Assembly: GCA_032159765.1 (NCBI GenBank)
Contig: JAVHWM010000130.1
Span: 12,277-76,276 of the forward strand
DNA from: Mycobacterium sp.
Lineage (GTDB): Bacteria > Actinomycetota > Actinomycetes > Mycobacteriales > Mycobacteriaceae
Reading direction: 5' to 3'
Length of the DNA: 64,000 bases
Of the stretch, positions 22,471-31,964 are shown in pieces (positions within the stretch are counted from its first letter, which is position 1; every line of letters begins with the position of its first letter). A program made the position numbers and the translations under genes. The notes beneath the pieces were generated by a model. The model saw only the letters and a program-made list of their open reading frames with translations, did no database searches and was not told the origin of the DNA.

Positions 22471-24342
22471 TCAGGGCTGCGTTTGCTGGCTGAGGTCGTA
22501 GACCGTCGTGCCGCCCACATCCAGTGAGGTGAAGTGCTGCTGCACCCACGCGGTGATGTCGCGTGCGCTTTCCGAGCGGCCGCCGCCCGGGCCACGGGTA
22601 CCTGCAAGGAAGTAGTGGATCTGGTGGTCGGCGACGTACTGCTGGAACTGCTGCAGCGTCGGTGACGGATCGCCGCCGGTGAAGCCCCCGATCGCCATGA
22701 TCGACGGGCCGGTGGCCAGCTCGAGGCTGCTCGCCGGCATCGAGCCGATAGACGCTGCGGCCCAACGGCTGCCGCTGGCGCTCGTGAGAAGATCCTTCAG
22801 CGCTGCGTTGTCGGCGCCCATGTTTCTCTGGCCACCGGGTCCGCCCGGTCCACCGGGACCTCCAGGCCCGCCGGGGCCGAACGATTGGGTCACCGGGCCA
22901 GCCGATGGCATCGGCCCGCCGTGCGTGCGGCCGACGGTCGCGATCGAGTATGCGGCTGGCGCGCAGACTCCCAGCAGCAATGCCGCAGCGGCGACGGCCG
23001 CCGTTGCCCTGCCCAGTCGGTGAGCGCCGACGGCGATCACGGACGCTACGACGACCGACCCGACAAGGATGATCCAGCGCAGTGCGGGTAGCCAATCCGG
23101 GGTGCGGTCGAGCAGGATGAACGACCAAACCCCGGTCCCTGCCGACATCAGCGTCAACACCGCACGGCTGCGCCAGAATTCGCGCCCGCGCCACAGTTCG
23201 CGTACCGAGATGCCGATCAACGCGGCAATGGCAGGTGCGAGTGCGACTGTGTAATAGGGGTGGATGATGCCGTGCATGAAGGAGAACACGGCGCCGCTCG
23301 CCAAGAGCCAACCGCCCCACAGCAGCAGGTGCATCCGGAGTTTGTCGGTGCGCGGTTCGCGCGCGGTGAACCACACGCCGGCCAGAAGGCCGATCAACGC
23401 AGCGGGCAGCAGCCACGAGATCTCCGTGCCCATCGAATCGCCGAACAGCCTGCCGATCCCCGCGCCGCCACCGAAGAACGCGCCGCCACCACCAGGCATT
23501 CCTTCGCCACCCGCGACCCGCTGTAACCCGTTGTATCCCAACGCCAACTGCAGCAGGCTGTTGTCGGTTGACCCCGCGATGTAAGGCCGCGACGCGGCAG
23601 GCCAGAGTTGCACCAGCAGTACGAACCAGCCCCCTGAGACCACCATCGCCAGCGCGCCGATCAGCAACTGCCACAGCCGCTTCCACAAGCTTCTTCCTGG
23701 GGCGGCCAGCAGGAACACCAACGCGAATCCCGGAACCACCAGGGCGGCCTGCAGCATCTTGGTAAGGAACGCCAGTCCAATCACCGCCCCGACCAGAACC
23801 ATCCACCGCGTCGCGCCGGACTCGATCGCGCGGACCATGAAGTAGGCGGCCACGGCGAGAAGCAAGACGAGCATGGCGTCCGGGTTGTTGTACCGGAACA
23901 TCGCCGCGGCCACGGGCGTGAGCGCCATGACGGTGCCTGCGATCAGTCCGGCGGCCGCACCGTTGCAGCGCTTCACGGTTGCGTACACCAGCGCGACGGT
24001 GCCGACGCCCATCAGCGCCTCCGGGACCAGCATGGACCACGTGCTGAATCCGAAGATCCGTCCCGACAACACCATTACCCACAAAGACGCCGGTGGCTTG
24101 TCGACAGTGATGGCGTTGCCGGCATCGAAAGATCCAAAAAGCCATGCCTTCATGTCCTGGGTTCCAGCTTGGACTGCGGCTGCGTAGTAGTCGTTCGCCC
24201 AGCCCGACGACCCGAGCCCCCAGAGGTACAGCACGGCGGTGCCCGCGAGGAGCGCGAACAGCGCCAGGCGCTCCCATGGCACCCTGCGGTTCGGCGTCGG
24301 TTGCGGCGCAACCGGAGCCACTCGTTCAGCAAGCACGGTCAT
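22471..24342 (-). CDS. GT-C fold glycosyltransferase family 39 (ArnT/PMT-like) membrane protein, copy 1
   Basis: 623 aa, multi-TM. LYLWGLGSSGWANDYYAAAVQ, VDKPPASLW and HPYYTVALAP motifs. Internal (GGP)5 tract. Its start overlaps the stop of the upstream GT2-GtrA gene (ATGA). Confidence 0.85.
   Translation of the reverse strand: MTVLAERVAPVAPQPTPNRRVPWERLALFALLAGTAVLYLWGLGSSGWANDYYAAAVQAGTQDMKAWLFGSFDAGNAITVDKPPASLWVMVLSGRIFGFSTWSMLVPEALMGVGTVALVYATVKRCNGAAAGLIAGTVMALTPVAAAMFRYNNPDAMLVLLLAVAAYFMVRAIESGATRWMVLVGAVIGLAFLTKMLQAALVVPGFALVFLLAAPGRSLWKRLWQLLIGALAMVVSGGWFVLLVQLWPAASRPYIAGSTDNSLLQLALGYNGLQRVAGGEGMPGGGGAFFGGGAGIGRLFGDSMGTEISWLLPAALIGLLAGVWFTAREPRTDKLRMHLLLWGGWLLASGAVFSFMHGIIHPYYTVALAPAIAALIGISVRELWRGREFWRSRAVLTLMSAGTGVWSFILLDRTPDWLPALRWIILVGSVVVASVIAVGAHRLGRATAAVAAAALLLGVCAPAAYSIATVGRTHGGPMPSAGPVTQSFGPGGPGGPGGPGGPGGQRNMGADNAALKDLLTSASGSRWAAASIGSMPASSLELATGPSIMAIGGFTGGDPSPTLQQFQQYVADHQIHYFLAGTRGPGGGRSESARDITAWVQQHFTSLDVGGTTVYDLSQQTQP
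22831..22875 (-). repeat. (Gly-Gly-Pro)5-coding tract inside GT39 copy 1
   Basis: Translated as GPGGPGGPGGPGGPGG. The nucleotide tract ggtccgcccggtccaccgggacctccaggcccgccgggg uses varied codons. Confidence 0.9.
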
Positions 24343-25607
24343 GCGGTGGCCTCCGCGACTCTGCGAGGGTGAAACACCCAGCCGCGCAACAGAACGAAGC
24401 GGATTGCGGTCGCGACAAGATTAGCGCCTACCAACACCGCGAGCTCCACTCCGCGGTGTGGCTGTCCGGCCATGAAATGCAGCAATGCCAGCGCACCGCT
24501 GGTGACTGCGAGGGCGATCCCGAAGACTGCAAGGGCCTCGATGTGGTGCCGCGCCACCCGCGCCGCGCCGCGCACCCCGAAGGTGAATCGGCGGTTGGCC
24601 GCGGTGTTCGCGACCGCCGTGAGCAGCAGCGCAATAAGGTTGGCGACCTGGGCCCCGGCGATGTGGTGCATGGCGAGGAAGAGCAGGAGGTATGCGAGGG
24701 TGCTCGCGATGCCGATCGCTGTGAACCGGACCGCTTGGCGCAGAAGCGATCGCGGCGCCGCTGACCGCGCCGAGCCCAGCTGGGCCGCCACCGTTTGCAC
24801 CGGGATCGTTCCGGCCGCAAAGCCTTTCAGCAGCCGGGCGATGCCTTTGAGATCGGCGGCGGCGGTCGCGATGATGTCGACGCGGCTGTCCGGGTCGTCG
24901 ACCCAGTCCACCGGGACCTCATGGATGCGCAGGCCACTGCGTTGGGCCAGCACGAGCAGCTCGGTGTCGAAGAACCACCCGGTGTCCACGACGTGGGGAA
25001 GAAGCCGTTCGGCGACGTCGGCGCGGATGGCTTTGAAGCCGCATTGGGCGTCCGAGAAGCCAGCGGCCAAGGTCGATTTCAGCAAAAAGTTGTAGCACCG
25101 CGAGATGACTTCGCGTTTGGCGCCGCGCACCACCCGCGAGCCGCGCGCGAGGCGCGTGCCGATCGCCAGGTCGGAATGCCCAGATATCAACGGAGCGACG
25201 AGTGGTGCCAGCGCCGCCAGATCGGTGGACAGGTCGACGTCCATGTACGCGAGCACCGGCGCATCCGACGTCGACCACACAGTGTGCAGCGCGCGGCCGC
25301 GGCCTTTCTGCTCGAGGCGGACGACCCGTACGTCGGGCAGTTCGCGCGCCAATCGCGCTGCGATTTGTGGTGTTTCGTCGGTGCTTGCGTTGTCGGCGAT
25401 CGTGATTCGCGCGGCGAACGGAAAGTTCTGTGCGAGATGGTGATGCAACCGGTACACCGAGCTGGCCAGGTCGGCTTCCTCGTTGTACACCGGCACGACG
25501 ACGTCGAGAACGGGAACGCCACGCGCGCTCGCGAGGGCGGCGGCATTGGGCCGGGGGTGGAAGAGATCAGACCGGCCGATGTCGGCACGCTCAGCGGTGA
25601 CTGTCAT
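24339..25607 (-). CDS. bifunctional GT2 polyprenyl-phosphate glycosyltransferase / GtrA-like flippase-domain protein
   Basis: 422 aa. VVVPVYNEE, ADNASTDET and DVDLS (DXD) define the GT2 domain. The C-terminal 4-TM GtrA-like domain has TAANRRFTF. Confidence 0.85.
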   Translation of the reverse strand: MTVTAERADIGRSDLFHPRPNAAALASARGVPVLDVVVPVYNEEADLASSVYRLHHHLAQNFPFAARITIADNASTDETPQIAARLARELPDVRVVRLEQKGRGRALHTVWSTSDAPVLAYMDVDLSTDLAALAPLVAPLISGHSDLAIGTRLARGSRVVRGAKREVISRCYNFLLKSTLAAGFSDAQCGFKAIRADVAERLLPHVVDTGWFFDTELLVLAQRSGLRIHEVPVDWVDDPDSRVDIIATAAADLKGIARLLKGFAAGTIPVQTVAAQLGSARSAAPRSLLRQAVRFTAIGIASTLAYLLLFLAMHHIAGAQVANLIALLLTAVANTAANRRFTFGVRGAARVARHHIEALAVFGIALAVTSGALALLHFMAGQPHRGVELAVLVGANLVATAIRFVLLRGWVFHPRRVAEATA

Positions 25608-25679
25608 GCATTCAGGATCACAACGCCGCGTGGGTCCACCGTTGGTGGAAGCTATGCGTCAGCTATGAACCGTCGGCGC

Positions 25680-27149
25680 TCAGAACGGTGGCGGGTCGTC
25701 GTCGTGGGAGGCTGGTGTGCGCGCTCCGAAACAGATGTCGTCCCAGTCTGTTCGGCGCGCTTGGCGGATCTTGAGGTTTTGGGCGCGTTCCGCAGCAATC
25801 CGCCGGGCTCGGTCCTGGTCTCGGGTCGTTTTGCGGCGCGGCATCATCGCGGTCGGATCGGCGCAGCGTTCGGGGTTGCTCGCGCGTGTCGGCGGTGGCA
25901 GCTCGGCGGTGGGCGCACACAGGCTGGGGTAGACCAGCGCGCTGCCGGGCAGCGTGACGTGGGTCTGGTTGCCGGGCAGGTTCCAGATGACGGTGCCGTC
26001 GGGCTGTTGTTGGTCTTTCCAGCCCCAGAAGGTTTTCAGGATGTGGTGCAGCCGGCATAGGCATTTCAGGTTGGACGCGTGGGTGGGGCCGCCGTCGGCG
26101 TGGGGCACGGTGTGGTCGATGTCGCATTGGACCGCGGGCCGGTCGCAGTGCGGGGCCCGGCAGGTCAGGTCGCGGGCGCGGACAAAGTCGGCGAGTTTGC
26201 GCGACGGGGTGTAGCCGGCTTCGTGCGCGGCGTCGCCGGGATGGACCAGCGGGCGCACCGTGGCTTCGCGGGCCAGCTCGGCCACTTGGTCGGCGGGGAT
26301 CAGCTCACCGGTCTGCTGGTGGTAGCCCGGTGTATCGGAGGTACCGTCGAGGGTGGCCTGCTCGGCGACGATATGAATGGTGACCGGTGCCGGGCTGGGC
26401 AGCCGCCCACCGGCCGGGCAGGTTTCTTGTTCGCAGCGGCACGAGAGGCGGTCCTGCCCGGCGCCCAATGCCCCTAGGGCGTCGGCGAGGCGCACTTCGC
26501 GCCCGCGTGGGTCGGCGTCGCACACACTGTCTGCCAGCGCCTCCAGCCGCGTCTCCAACCCGGCCGCATCGTCTAAGAGCATCGTGGCCGACATTCCTGA
26601 CAGGCCATCGCTGCAGGTCCAGAACTCTACGCCGCGTTTGTCGGCCTCTTCGCGCTTGCGCCGTACCGCTGCGGGATCGACTTTGCACACCTGCCGGTCA
26701 ATGGCCGTGGCGAGGCGGCTTTTGCTCAGCGAGCCCCACCCCCGGGCGCGGGCGGCCAGTTGGCGGTCCACGTCGGCCATTGCGGTGTCCTCGGCGACCA
26801 GTTCGGTGCGGTAGCAGATCGTCTGGAAGGTGCGGAAATCGATGTCGCCAGCACAGAAGACCGTGGCCACCGCGGGCAGCCGATCGGTCATCGCCCGCGC
26901 GTAGTACAGGTAGCTGCCGGCCATCGCGATCGTGCACCCCAGCGCCGCCGACACCTCAGCGCCGACCTCGGTCCAGGTATCGACCGCCCAGTCCCTGGTT
27001 TCGCCGTTCTCGCGGCGGCGCAAGGTGAACAGCTCGCCGATCTTGGTCAGCCGCGCGGCAATCGCTTGGTTCTCCACGCGCGCGTCGTCGCGCATGCCCG
27101 CCAGCAGGATCTCTGACTTGGCGTACGGCGACCGATACTCATCGAACAC
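25680..27149 (-). CDS. DUF222 / HNH endonuclease protein (REP13E12-family repeat gene)
   Basis: C-terminal HNH core CRAPHCDRPAVQCDIDHTVPHADGGPTHASNLKCLCRLHHILKT, with an N-terminal DUF222-like region. Track ORF 25680..27491 trimmed to GTG 27149 (ATG 27095 alternative), because the upstream 114 codons read through a pseudogene. Confidence 0.8.
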   Translation of the reverse strand: MFDEYRSPYAKSEILLAGMRDDARVENQAIAARLTKIGELFTLRRRENGETRDWAVDTWTEVGAEVSAALGCTIAMAGSYLYYARAMTDRLPAVATVFCAGDIDFRTFQTICYRTELVAEDTAMADVDRQLAARARGWGSLSKSRLATAIDRQVCKVDPAAVRRKREEADKRGVEFWTCSDGLSGMSATMLLDDAAGLETRLEALADSVCDADPRGREVRLADALGALGAGQDRLSCRCEQETCPAGGRLPSPAPVTIHIVAEQATLDGTSDTPGYHQQTGELIPADQVAELAREATVRPLVHPGDAAHEAGYTPSRKLADFVRARDLTCRAPHCDRPAVQCDIDHTVPHADGGPTHASNLKCLCRLHHILKTFWGWKDQQQPDGTVIWNLPGNQTHVTLPGSALVYPSLCAPTAELPPPTRASNPERCADPTAMMPRRKTTRDQDRARRIAAERAQNLKIRQARRTDWDDICFGARTPASHDDDPPPF

Positions 27150-27169
27150 ATGTTCGGGTATAGGTGTTG

Positions 27170-27515
27170 CTACCGACAATCCCAGGCGCCGGCCGAGACA
27201 TCGAGCTCGCGCATCGACAGAGCCCGCAGTTCCTCCAACGCTCTCTCGGAGTCGCTGCCAGGTTCGGCGTGATAGATCAGCAGATGCTGCCCCACGGCGT
27301 GCGGGGCGTGCGGAACGTTGAGCTGATTCCGGCACACATAGATATCGCCGACGCGGGGATGATTCAGATGCATGATCCCCAACGGATATCCCACATCCGC
27401 GCCCGCCCAGAGTGCACGGAAACGTGGGATATGTCCCGGCGAGTTCCCGTAAGCCGCTCACCGCGTTATCGGTAGCCGTGTCCCAGTCCACGTAGAGCTG
27501 CCGGGCAGCGGGGTC
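27170..27515 (-). pseudogene. decayed C-terminal remnant of an MmyB-like (XRE-associated) regulator
   Basis: Two frames carry family-typical segments: DPAARQLYVDWDTATDNAVSGLRELAGTYP, then after a frame change RFRALWAGADVGYPLGIMHLNHPRVGDIYVCRNQLNVP...LLIYHAEPGSDSERALEELRAL. There is an in-frame TAA directly before DPAAR, and the HTH half is missing. Confidence 0.6.
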
Positions 27516-27698
27516 TTACAGCATCGCTTGCGCGCTTGTCTGGGCTGTGATTCTGGCTCTGGTGGCGGTTTGGTATCCCGACCACCTGCAGATTTTTCTT
27601 CTGGTGGGCTTTGGCTGGCTGATCGGCTGGATCTCGGCAACGATTGCCAGGTCGGTTTATCCGCCACCGAACGGCACAGGCCGCTAAACCGACGCTGA

Positions 27699-29546
27699 CT
27701 ATTCGGATCCCGACGTGAGGTCGTAAAGGGTGACGCCGTCGACGTCCCGGGGCGGGAACGTGGCGGTCACCCATGACGCGATGTCGGCGGCCTCGTGGCT
27801 ACCGCTGGATGCGCCGCCCCGCGGACCGCGCATCCTGCCTCCAATGAAGAAGTGAATCTTCTTGTCAGTCACCAGTTTCTGGAACTGGTCGAGTGTCGGT
27901 GCAGGGTCGGTGCCGTTGAAGCCACCGACAGCCATCACCGGAAAGCCGGTCGCTAACTGATACCCCGCGGCGTTGGCGGAGGTGACGGTCGCCGCCGCCC
28001 ACGTGTACTGAGCGGCGTCAGCGCTCAGTACGGCAACGAGTGCGGAGGACGGCTCAGCGGAGTCGAGGAAGCCGAACCCGCCGCCGCCCCGTGACGTCGG
28101 GGAGATGTTGACGCCCGGGATCGCGCCGCGGTGCGGGGTCAGCGCCGTCCCGACTGAATATGCGGCGGGCCCGGCCAGACACGCTGCCAGCGCGACGACG
28201 GCGGCCCCGCGGGCCACCCCGCGAGGCAGCCGTCCGCTGACGAGGAGCAGCACGGCAGCGCCGACGCCCCCGACGGCGATGGCCGCCCGCAGCCACGACG
28301 GCGCAGCCGAGTCGCGGCCGAGCAGCACGCAGGCCAGTGCGGTGGTCAGAATAACCGCGCCGGACAGCGCGGTGGCGGCGCGGACGTCGTCTCGCCGGCG
28401 CCACAGCAGCGGTGCGCCGAGGCCGACGCCCGCGGCCACCGCAGGCGCCAATGCCACCGTGTAGTAGGGGTGAATGATCCCGCTCGAGTAGGACAGCACG
28501 GCCCCGGTCACGAGAAGCCAGCTGCCCCACAGGATGCCGGCGCCGCGAACGGCGTCGGTGCGCGGCGCCCGTCGCGTGATGACGAACGCGGCGCCGATGT
28601 TGATCAGTGCGGCAGGGATGAGCCACGCGATCGAACTTCCCATTCCGCTGCCGAAGAGCCGTCCCCATCCGACATCGAAATTCATATTGCCCAGGCCGCC
28701 GGTCTCGTTGCCGGTTAGTCGGCCGAAACCGTTGTAGCCCAATGCCAATTCGATGATGCTGTTGTGCTGCGAGCCGCCGATGAACGGCCGCCGGTCCGCA
28801 GGCCAGACGGTGGCCAGCAACAGATACCAGCCAGCCGACACCACGAGCGCAACAGTGCCTGCTGCCATTCGTGCCACCCGCGTCCGCACCGGCGCGTGCG
28901 CCGTCAGCAGGTACGTCAACGCGAAACCGGGTGCCACCAGAAGGGCCTGGCCCATCTTGGCCAGGAATGCGAAGCCGATCGCGAACCCAGCAAGGGGCAG
29001 CCACCAACGGCCACTGTCCTTTTCGCACGCGCGCTGCACGCAGTACGCCGCGCCGACGAGGAGCAGCACGAGCAGTGCGTCGGGATTGTTGAAGCGGAAC
29101 ATCAGTGCGGCAACCGGTGTCAGCGCCAAGACTGATCCCGCCAACAACCCGGCACCCGGTCCGTTGATGCGACGTACTGCTAGGTAAACCAGTGCGACTG
29201 CGGCCACTCCCTCGAGTGCCTGCGGTGCCAGCACGCTCCAGGAGTTCAATCCGAACAGCCTGACGGACAGACCTGTGACCCACAGCGCGCCGGGGGTCTT
29301 GTCGACCGTGATCGCGTTGGCCGCATCGCTGGATCCGAACAGAAAGGCGGTCCAATTCTGCGAACCGGCCTGCGCCGCAGCCGAATAGAACGCGTTGGCC
29401 CATCCGCTCGCGGCCAGGTTCCACAGGTACAGCACTGCGGTGGCGGCCAGCAGCCCGACGAGCGCCACACGATGGAGAGTCACTCTTGGGCGCTTCGACG
29501 CCTGCAGCGGTGCGGCGACAACAGGTTGCGGCGCAGTCAGCGTCAT
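27699..29546 (-). CDS. GT-C fold glycosyltransferase family 39 (ArnT/PMT-like) membrane protein, copy 2
   Basis: Paralog of 22471..24342 (LYLWNLAASGWANAFYSAAAQ, VDKTPGALW, HPYYTVALAP, C-terminal GGFNGTDPAPTLDQFQ). Start set at ATG 29546 (MTLTAPQP) by analogy with copy 1. The track ORF extends to 29639, overlapping the kinase gene. Confidence 0.85.
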   Translation of the reverse strand: MTLTAPQPVVAAPLQASKRPRVTLHRVALVGLLAATAVLYLWNLAASGWANAFYSAAAQAGSQNWTAFLFGSSDAANAITVDKTPGALWVTGLSVRLFGLNSWSVLAPQALEGVAAVALVYLAVRRINGPGAGLLAGSVLALTPVAALMFRFNNPDALLVLLLVGAAYCVQRACEKDSGRWWLPLAGFAIGFAFLAKMGQALLVAPGFALTYLLTAHAPVRTRVARMAAGTVALVVSAGWYLLLATVWPADRRPFIGGSQHNSIIELALGYNGFGRLTGNETGGLGNMNFDVGWGRLFGSGMGSSIAWLIPAALINIGAAFVITRRAPRTDAVRGAGILWGSWLLVTGAVLSYSSGIIHPYYTVALAPAVAAGVGLGAPLLWRRRDDVRAATALSGAVILTTALACVLLGRDSAAPSWLRAAIAVGGVGAAVLLLVSGRLPRGVARGAAVVALAACLAGPAAYSVGTALTPHRGAIPGVNISPTSRGGGGFGFLDSAEPSSALVAVLSADAAQYTWAAATVTSANAAGYQLATGFPVMAVGGFNGTDPAPTLDQFQKLVTDKKIHFFIGGRMRGPRGGASSGSHEAADIASWVTATFPPRDVDGVTLYDLTSGSE

Positions 29547-29568
29547 GACTCGATCGTCGTGTAGCTGG

Positions 29569-31134
29569 CTAGGCGCCGGATTTGTCATCGCTGTGCGGCG
29601 GCTGTGAGCGGGGAAGCTGGACGACGAACGCCGTGTCACCGGGAGCGCTGTGCACGTCGATAGTCCCGTGATGGGCCTTGATCACGGCGTAGACGATCGC
29701 GAGCCCAAGGCCGGTGCTGCCTTCTCGTCGCGACCGCGAGCTGTCGCCACGGGCGAAGCGCTCAAAGATCTCCGGCTGCAGTGATTCTGGGATTCCCGGT
29801 CCGTTGTCGGTGACCGTCAACACCGCCATGCCGTTGCCGTCGCTGGCGAGCGAGGTCTTGACCCTGGTGCCGGCGGGGGTATGCGTGCGGGCGTTGGCAA
29901 GCAGATTGACCAGCACCTGTTGTAGCCGTGGCGCGTCGCCGGTGACGACCACCGGCTCCTCAGGCAGCTCCAACGACCAGTTGTGATCGGGCCCGGCGAC
30001 ATGTGCGTCGGCGACGGCGTCGATGACCAGCTGAGACAGATCGACGGGATCGCACTCCAGCGGCCGCCCGTTGTCTAGCCGGGCCAACAGGAGCAGGTCC
30101 TCGACCAGATGGGTCATCCGTACCGCCTCGGATTCCACTCGCCCCATCGCGTGGGCAACCTCGGCGGGCACGTCGTCGCGGCGACGTTGAGCCAGTTCGG
30201 TGTAGCCCCGGATCGCCGTGAGGGGGGTCCGCAGTTCATGGCTGGCGTCGGCGACGAACTGACGCACGCGCATTTCGCTTGCGTGTCGCACGGCCAGCGC
30301 GGCCGAGATCCGTTGGAGCATACGGTTTACCGCTGTTGCAAGCTGTCCGACCTCGGTGTGCGCCGCGGCCGGATCGACGGCGACCATCGGCGCGAGTCTG
30401 ACTTCTCCGCGCTCGAGTTCGAGGTTAGCGACCTCCAGCGCAGCCGCTGAGACCCGCGACACCGGGGCCAGCTGGCGGCGGATGATCACGATTCCGACCG
30501 CGATTGCCGCGACGAGCGCGATACCGGCGACGATGGCGAAGATCGCGCCGACCGTGAGCAGCGTGTTGTCGACGGGCGCCATCGGGAGGCCGGACACGAT
30601 CGTCTTGCCCGTGCGCGAAAACCGGGCGACAACCCGGTATCTCCCAAGCCCGTCGAGGTTCCTGGTCACGGGGCGGCCGTCGGGGGCGATTCTGGCCAGC
30701 TCGGTGGCAGCAGCCGCGCTGATGTTCTCTCTGGTTCCGTTCTGGCTGATGACGCCCGCGCGGAGCACCTGTCCGCCGATGGCGATCGCTCCGACGGTCC
30801 CGGTTGCCTGACCCGGCGCGCCGAGAAACGGAGGGCCCGGCCCGTTTTCGGGATCGAGGATCGGTGGCCGCCGCGGGTAGCCGGGCGGGGGAGGTGGCGG
30901 CGGTCCAAGGTCGGTGATCACCGCCGAGCGATGGCCGGCGTCGATTACCTGCTCGTCGAGCTGGCCCATCAAGAACCGGTGCAGAGCAAGTTCCGTGCCG
31001 ACGCCGATGCCTACGCACACCACGGCCAGCAGACTGACCACTGCCACCAGCAGCCTCGTGCGCAGCGACCACGTGCTTGGCGGCCGCAGGCGCCAGCCGC
31101 CTCGCCGTGCCTCAGTCGGCGGGTTTGAGGACAT
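29569..31134 (-). CDS. sensor histidine kinase (HAMP-HisKA-HATPase_c)
   Basis: 521 aa. Two TM segments flank a Pro-rich extracytoplasmic domain. H-box ADASHELRTPLTAIRGY, N-box LLANARTHTP, G-boxes DNGPGI and GLGLAIV. Confidence 0.9.
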   Translation of the reverse strand: MSSNPPTEARRGGWRLRPPSTWSLRTRLLVAVVSLLAVVCVGIGVGTELALHRFLMGQLDEQVIDAGHRSAVITDLGPPPPPPPGYPRRPPILDPENGPGPPFLGAPGQATGTVGAIAIGGQVLRAGVISQNGTRENISAAAATELARIAPDGRPVTRNLDGLGRYRVVARFSRTGKTIVSGLPMAPVDNTLLTVGAIFAIVAGIALVAAIAVGIVIIRRQLAPVSRVSAAALEVANLELERGEVRLAPMVAVDPAAAHTEVGQLATAVNRMLQRISAALAVRHASEMRVRQFVADASHELRTPLTAIRGYTELAQRRRDDVPAEVAHAMGRVESEAVRMTHLVEDLLLLARLDNGRPLECDPVDLSQLVIDAVADAHVAGPDHNWSLELPEEPVVVTGDAPRLQQVLVNLLANARTHTPAGTRVKTSLASDGNGMAVLTVTDNGPGIPESLQPEIFERFARGDSSRSRREGSTGLGLAIVYAVIKAHHGTIDVHSAPGDTAFVVQLPRSQPPHSDDKSGA

Positions 31135-31834
31135 AGCCCGACCCGCGCAGTGTGTGAATCATGGGTGCGCGGCCGCTGTCGATCTTCTTACGCAGGTAGG
31201 ACACATACAGCTCGACGATATTGGAGCGGCCGCCGAAGTCGTAACTCCAGACCCTGTCAAGGATCTGGGCTTTGCTCAAGACCCTCTTGGCGTTGCGCAT
31301 CATGAATCGCAGTAATTCGAATTCCGTTGTAGTCAAAGCGATTTCGACCCCTGCGCGGGTCACTTCGTGGCTGTCCTCGTCGAGCACGAGATCGCCCACG
31401 ACGATCCTGGCGGCACCGGGTTCTGCGGCCACGCCGGTGCGGCGCAGGAGCGCGCGCAGACGCAGAATCACCTCCTCGAGGCTGAACGGCTTGGTGACGT
31501 AGTCGTCGCCACCGGCGGTCAGACCGGCGATGCGGTCCTCCAGCGCGTCTTTGGCGGTCAGCAGCAACAACGGCAGACCGGGGATCTGTTCACGAAGTTT
31601 GCGAAGCACGTCAAGCCCACTCATGTCGGGCAGCATGACGTCGAGCACCACGACGTCGGGCGCCTCTTTGCGGGCCGACGCGATCGCCGAGATGCCGTCG
31701 CTGGCCGTCGACACGGTCCAGCCTTCGTATCGCAGGGCCATCGTCATCAGCTCAGCCAGGACGGGTTCGTCGTCGACGACCAGCACGTGGATGGGGCTGC
31801 CGTCGGCGCGTTGCATGGCGGGAGCGTTGGACAC
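31112..31834 (-). CDS. OmpR/PhoB-family response regulator (PhoP/TcrX-like)
   Basis: 240 aa. VLVVDDEP, DVVVLDVMLPDMSG receiver domain, winged-helix TLRGSGYVL. Overlaps the kinase start by 23 nt. Confidence 0.92.
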   Translation of the reverse strand: MSNAPAMQRADGSPIHVLVVDDEPVLAELMTMALRYEGWTVSTASDGISAIASARKEAPDVVVLDVMLPDMSGLDVLRKLREQIPGLPLLLLTAKDALEDRIAGLTAGGDDYVTKPFSLEEVILRLRALLRRTGVAAEPGAARIVVGDLVLDEDSHEVTRAGVEIALTTTEFELLRFMMRNAKRVLSKAQILDRVWSYDFGGRSNIVELYVSYLRKKIDSGRAPMIHTLRGSGYVLKPAD

Positions 31835-31964
31835 GTCAGCGATTATCAGTGCTTGGAGTGAGCCTGCACTGTGCCGGGCCTATGTCCCCGCTGTGAATGG
31901 CCTGCATAAGAGACGCTGAACCGACGCACAGCTGACTCCCATATTCGGGCGACACGCTTGCGGC

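Noticed and set aside
22370-24277. 635-aa same-strand alternative-frame ORF over GT39 copy 1, and the 456-aa ORF 28054-29424 over copy 2
   Set aside because: They are frame-shifted shadows of the multi-TM GT-C genes. The products are Arg/Pro-rich and not hydrophobic, while the chosen frames give paralogous proteins with shared motifs.
27170-27394. 74-aa ORF as a stand-alone gene
   Set aside because: It is the C-terminal tail of an MmyB-like domain whose upstream part is in another frame, so it was treated as a pseudogene fragment.
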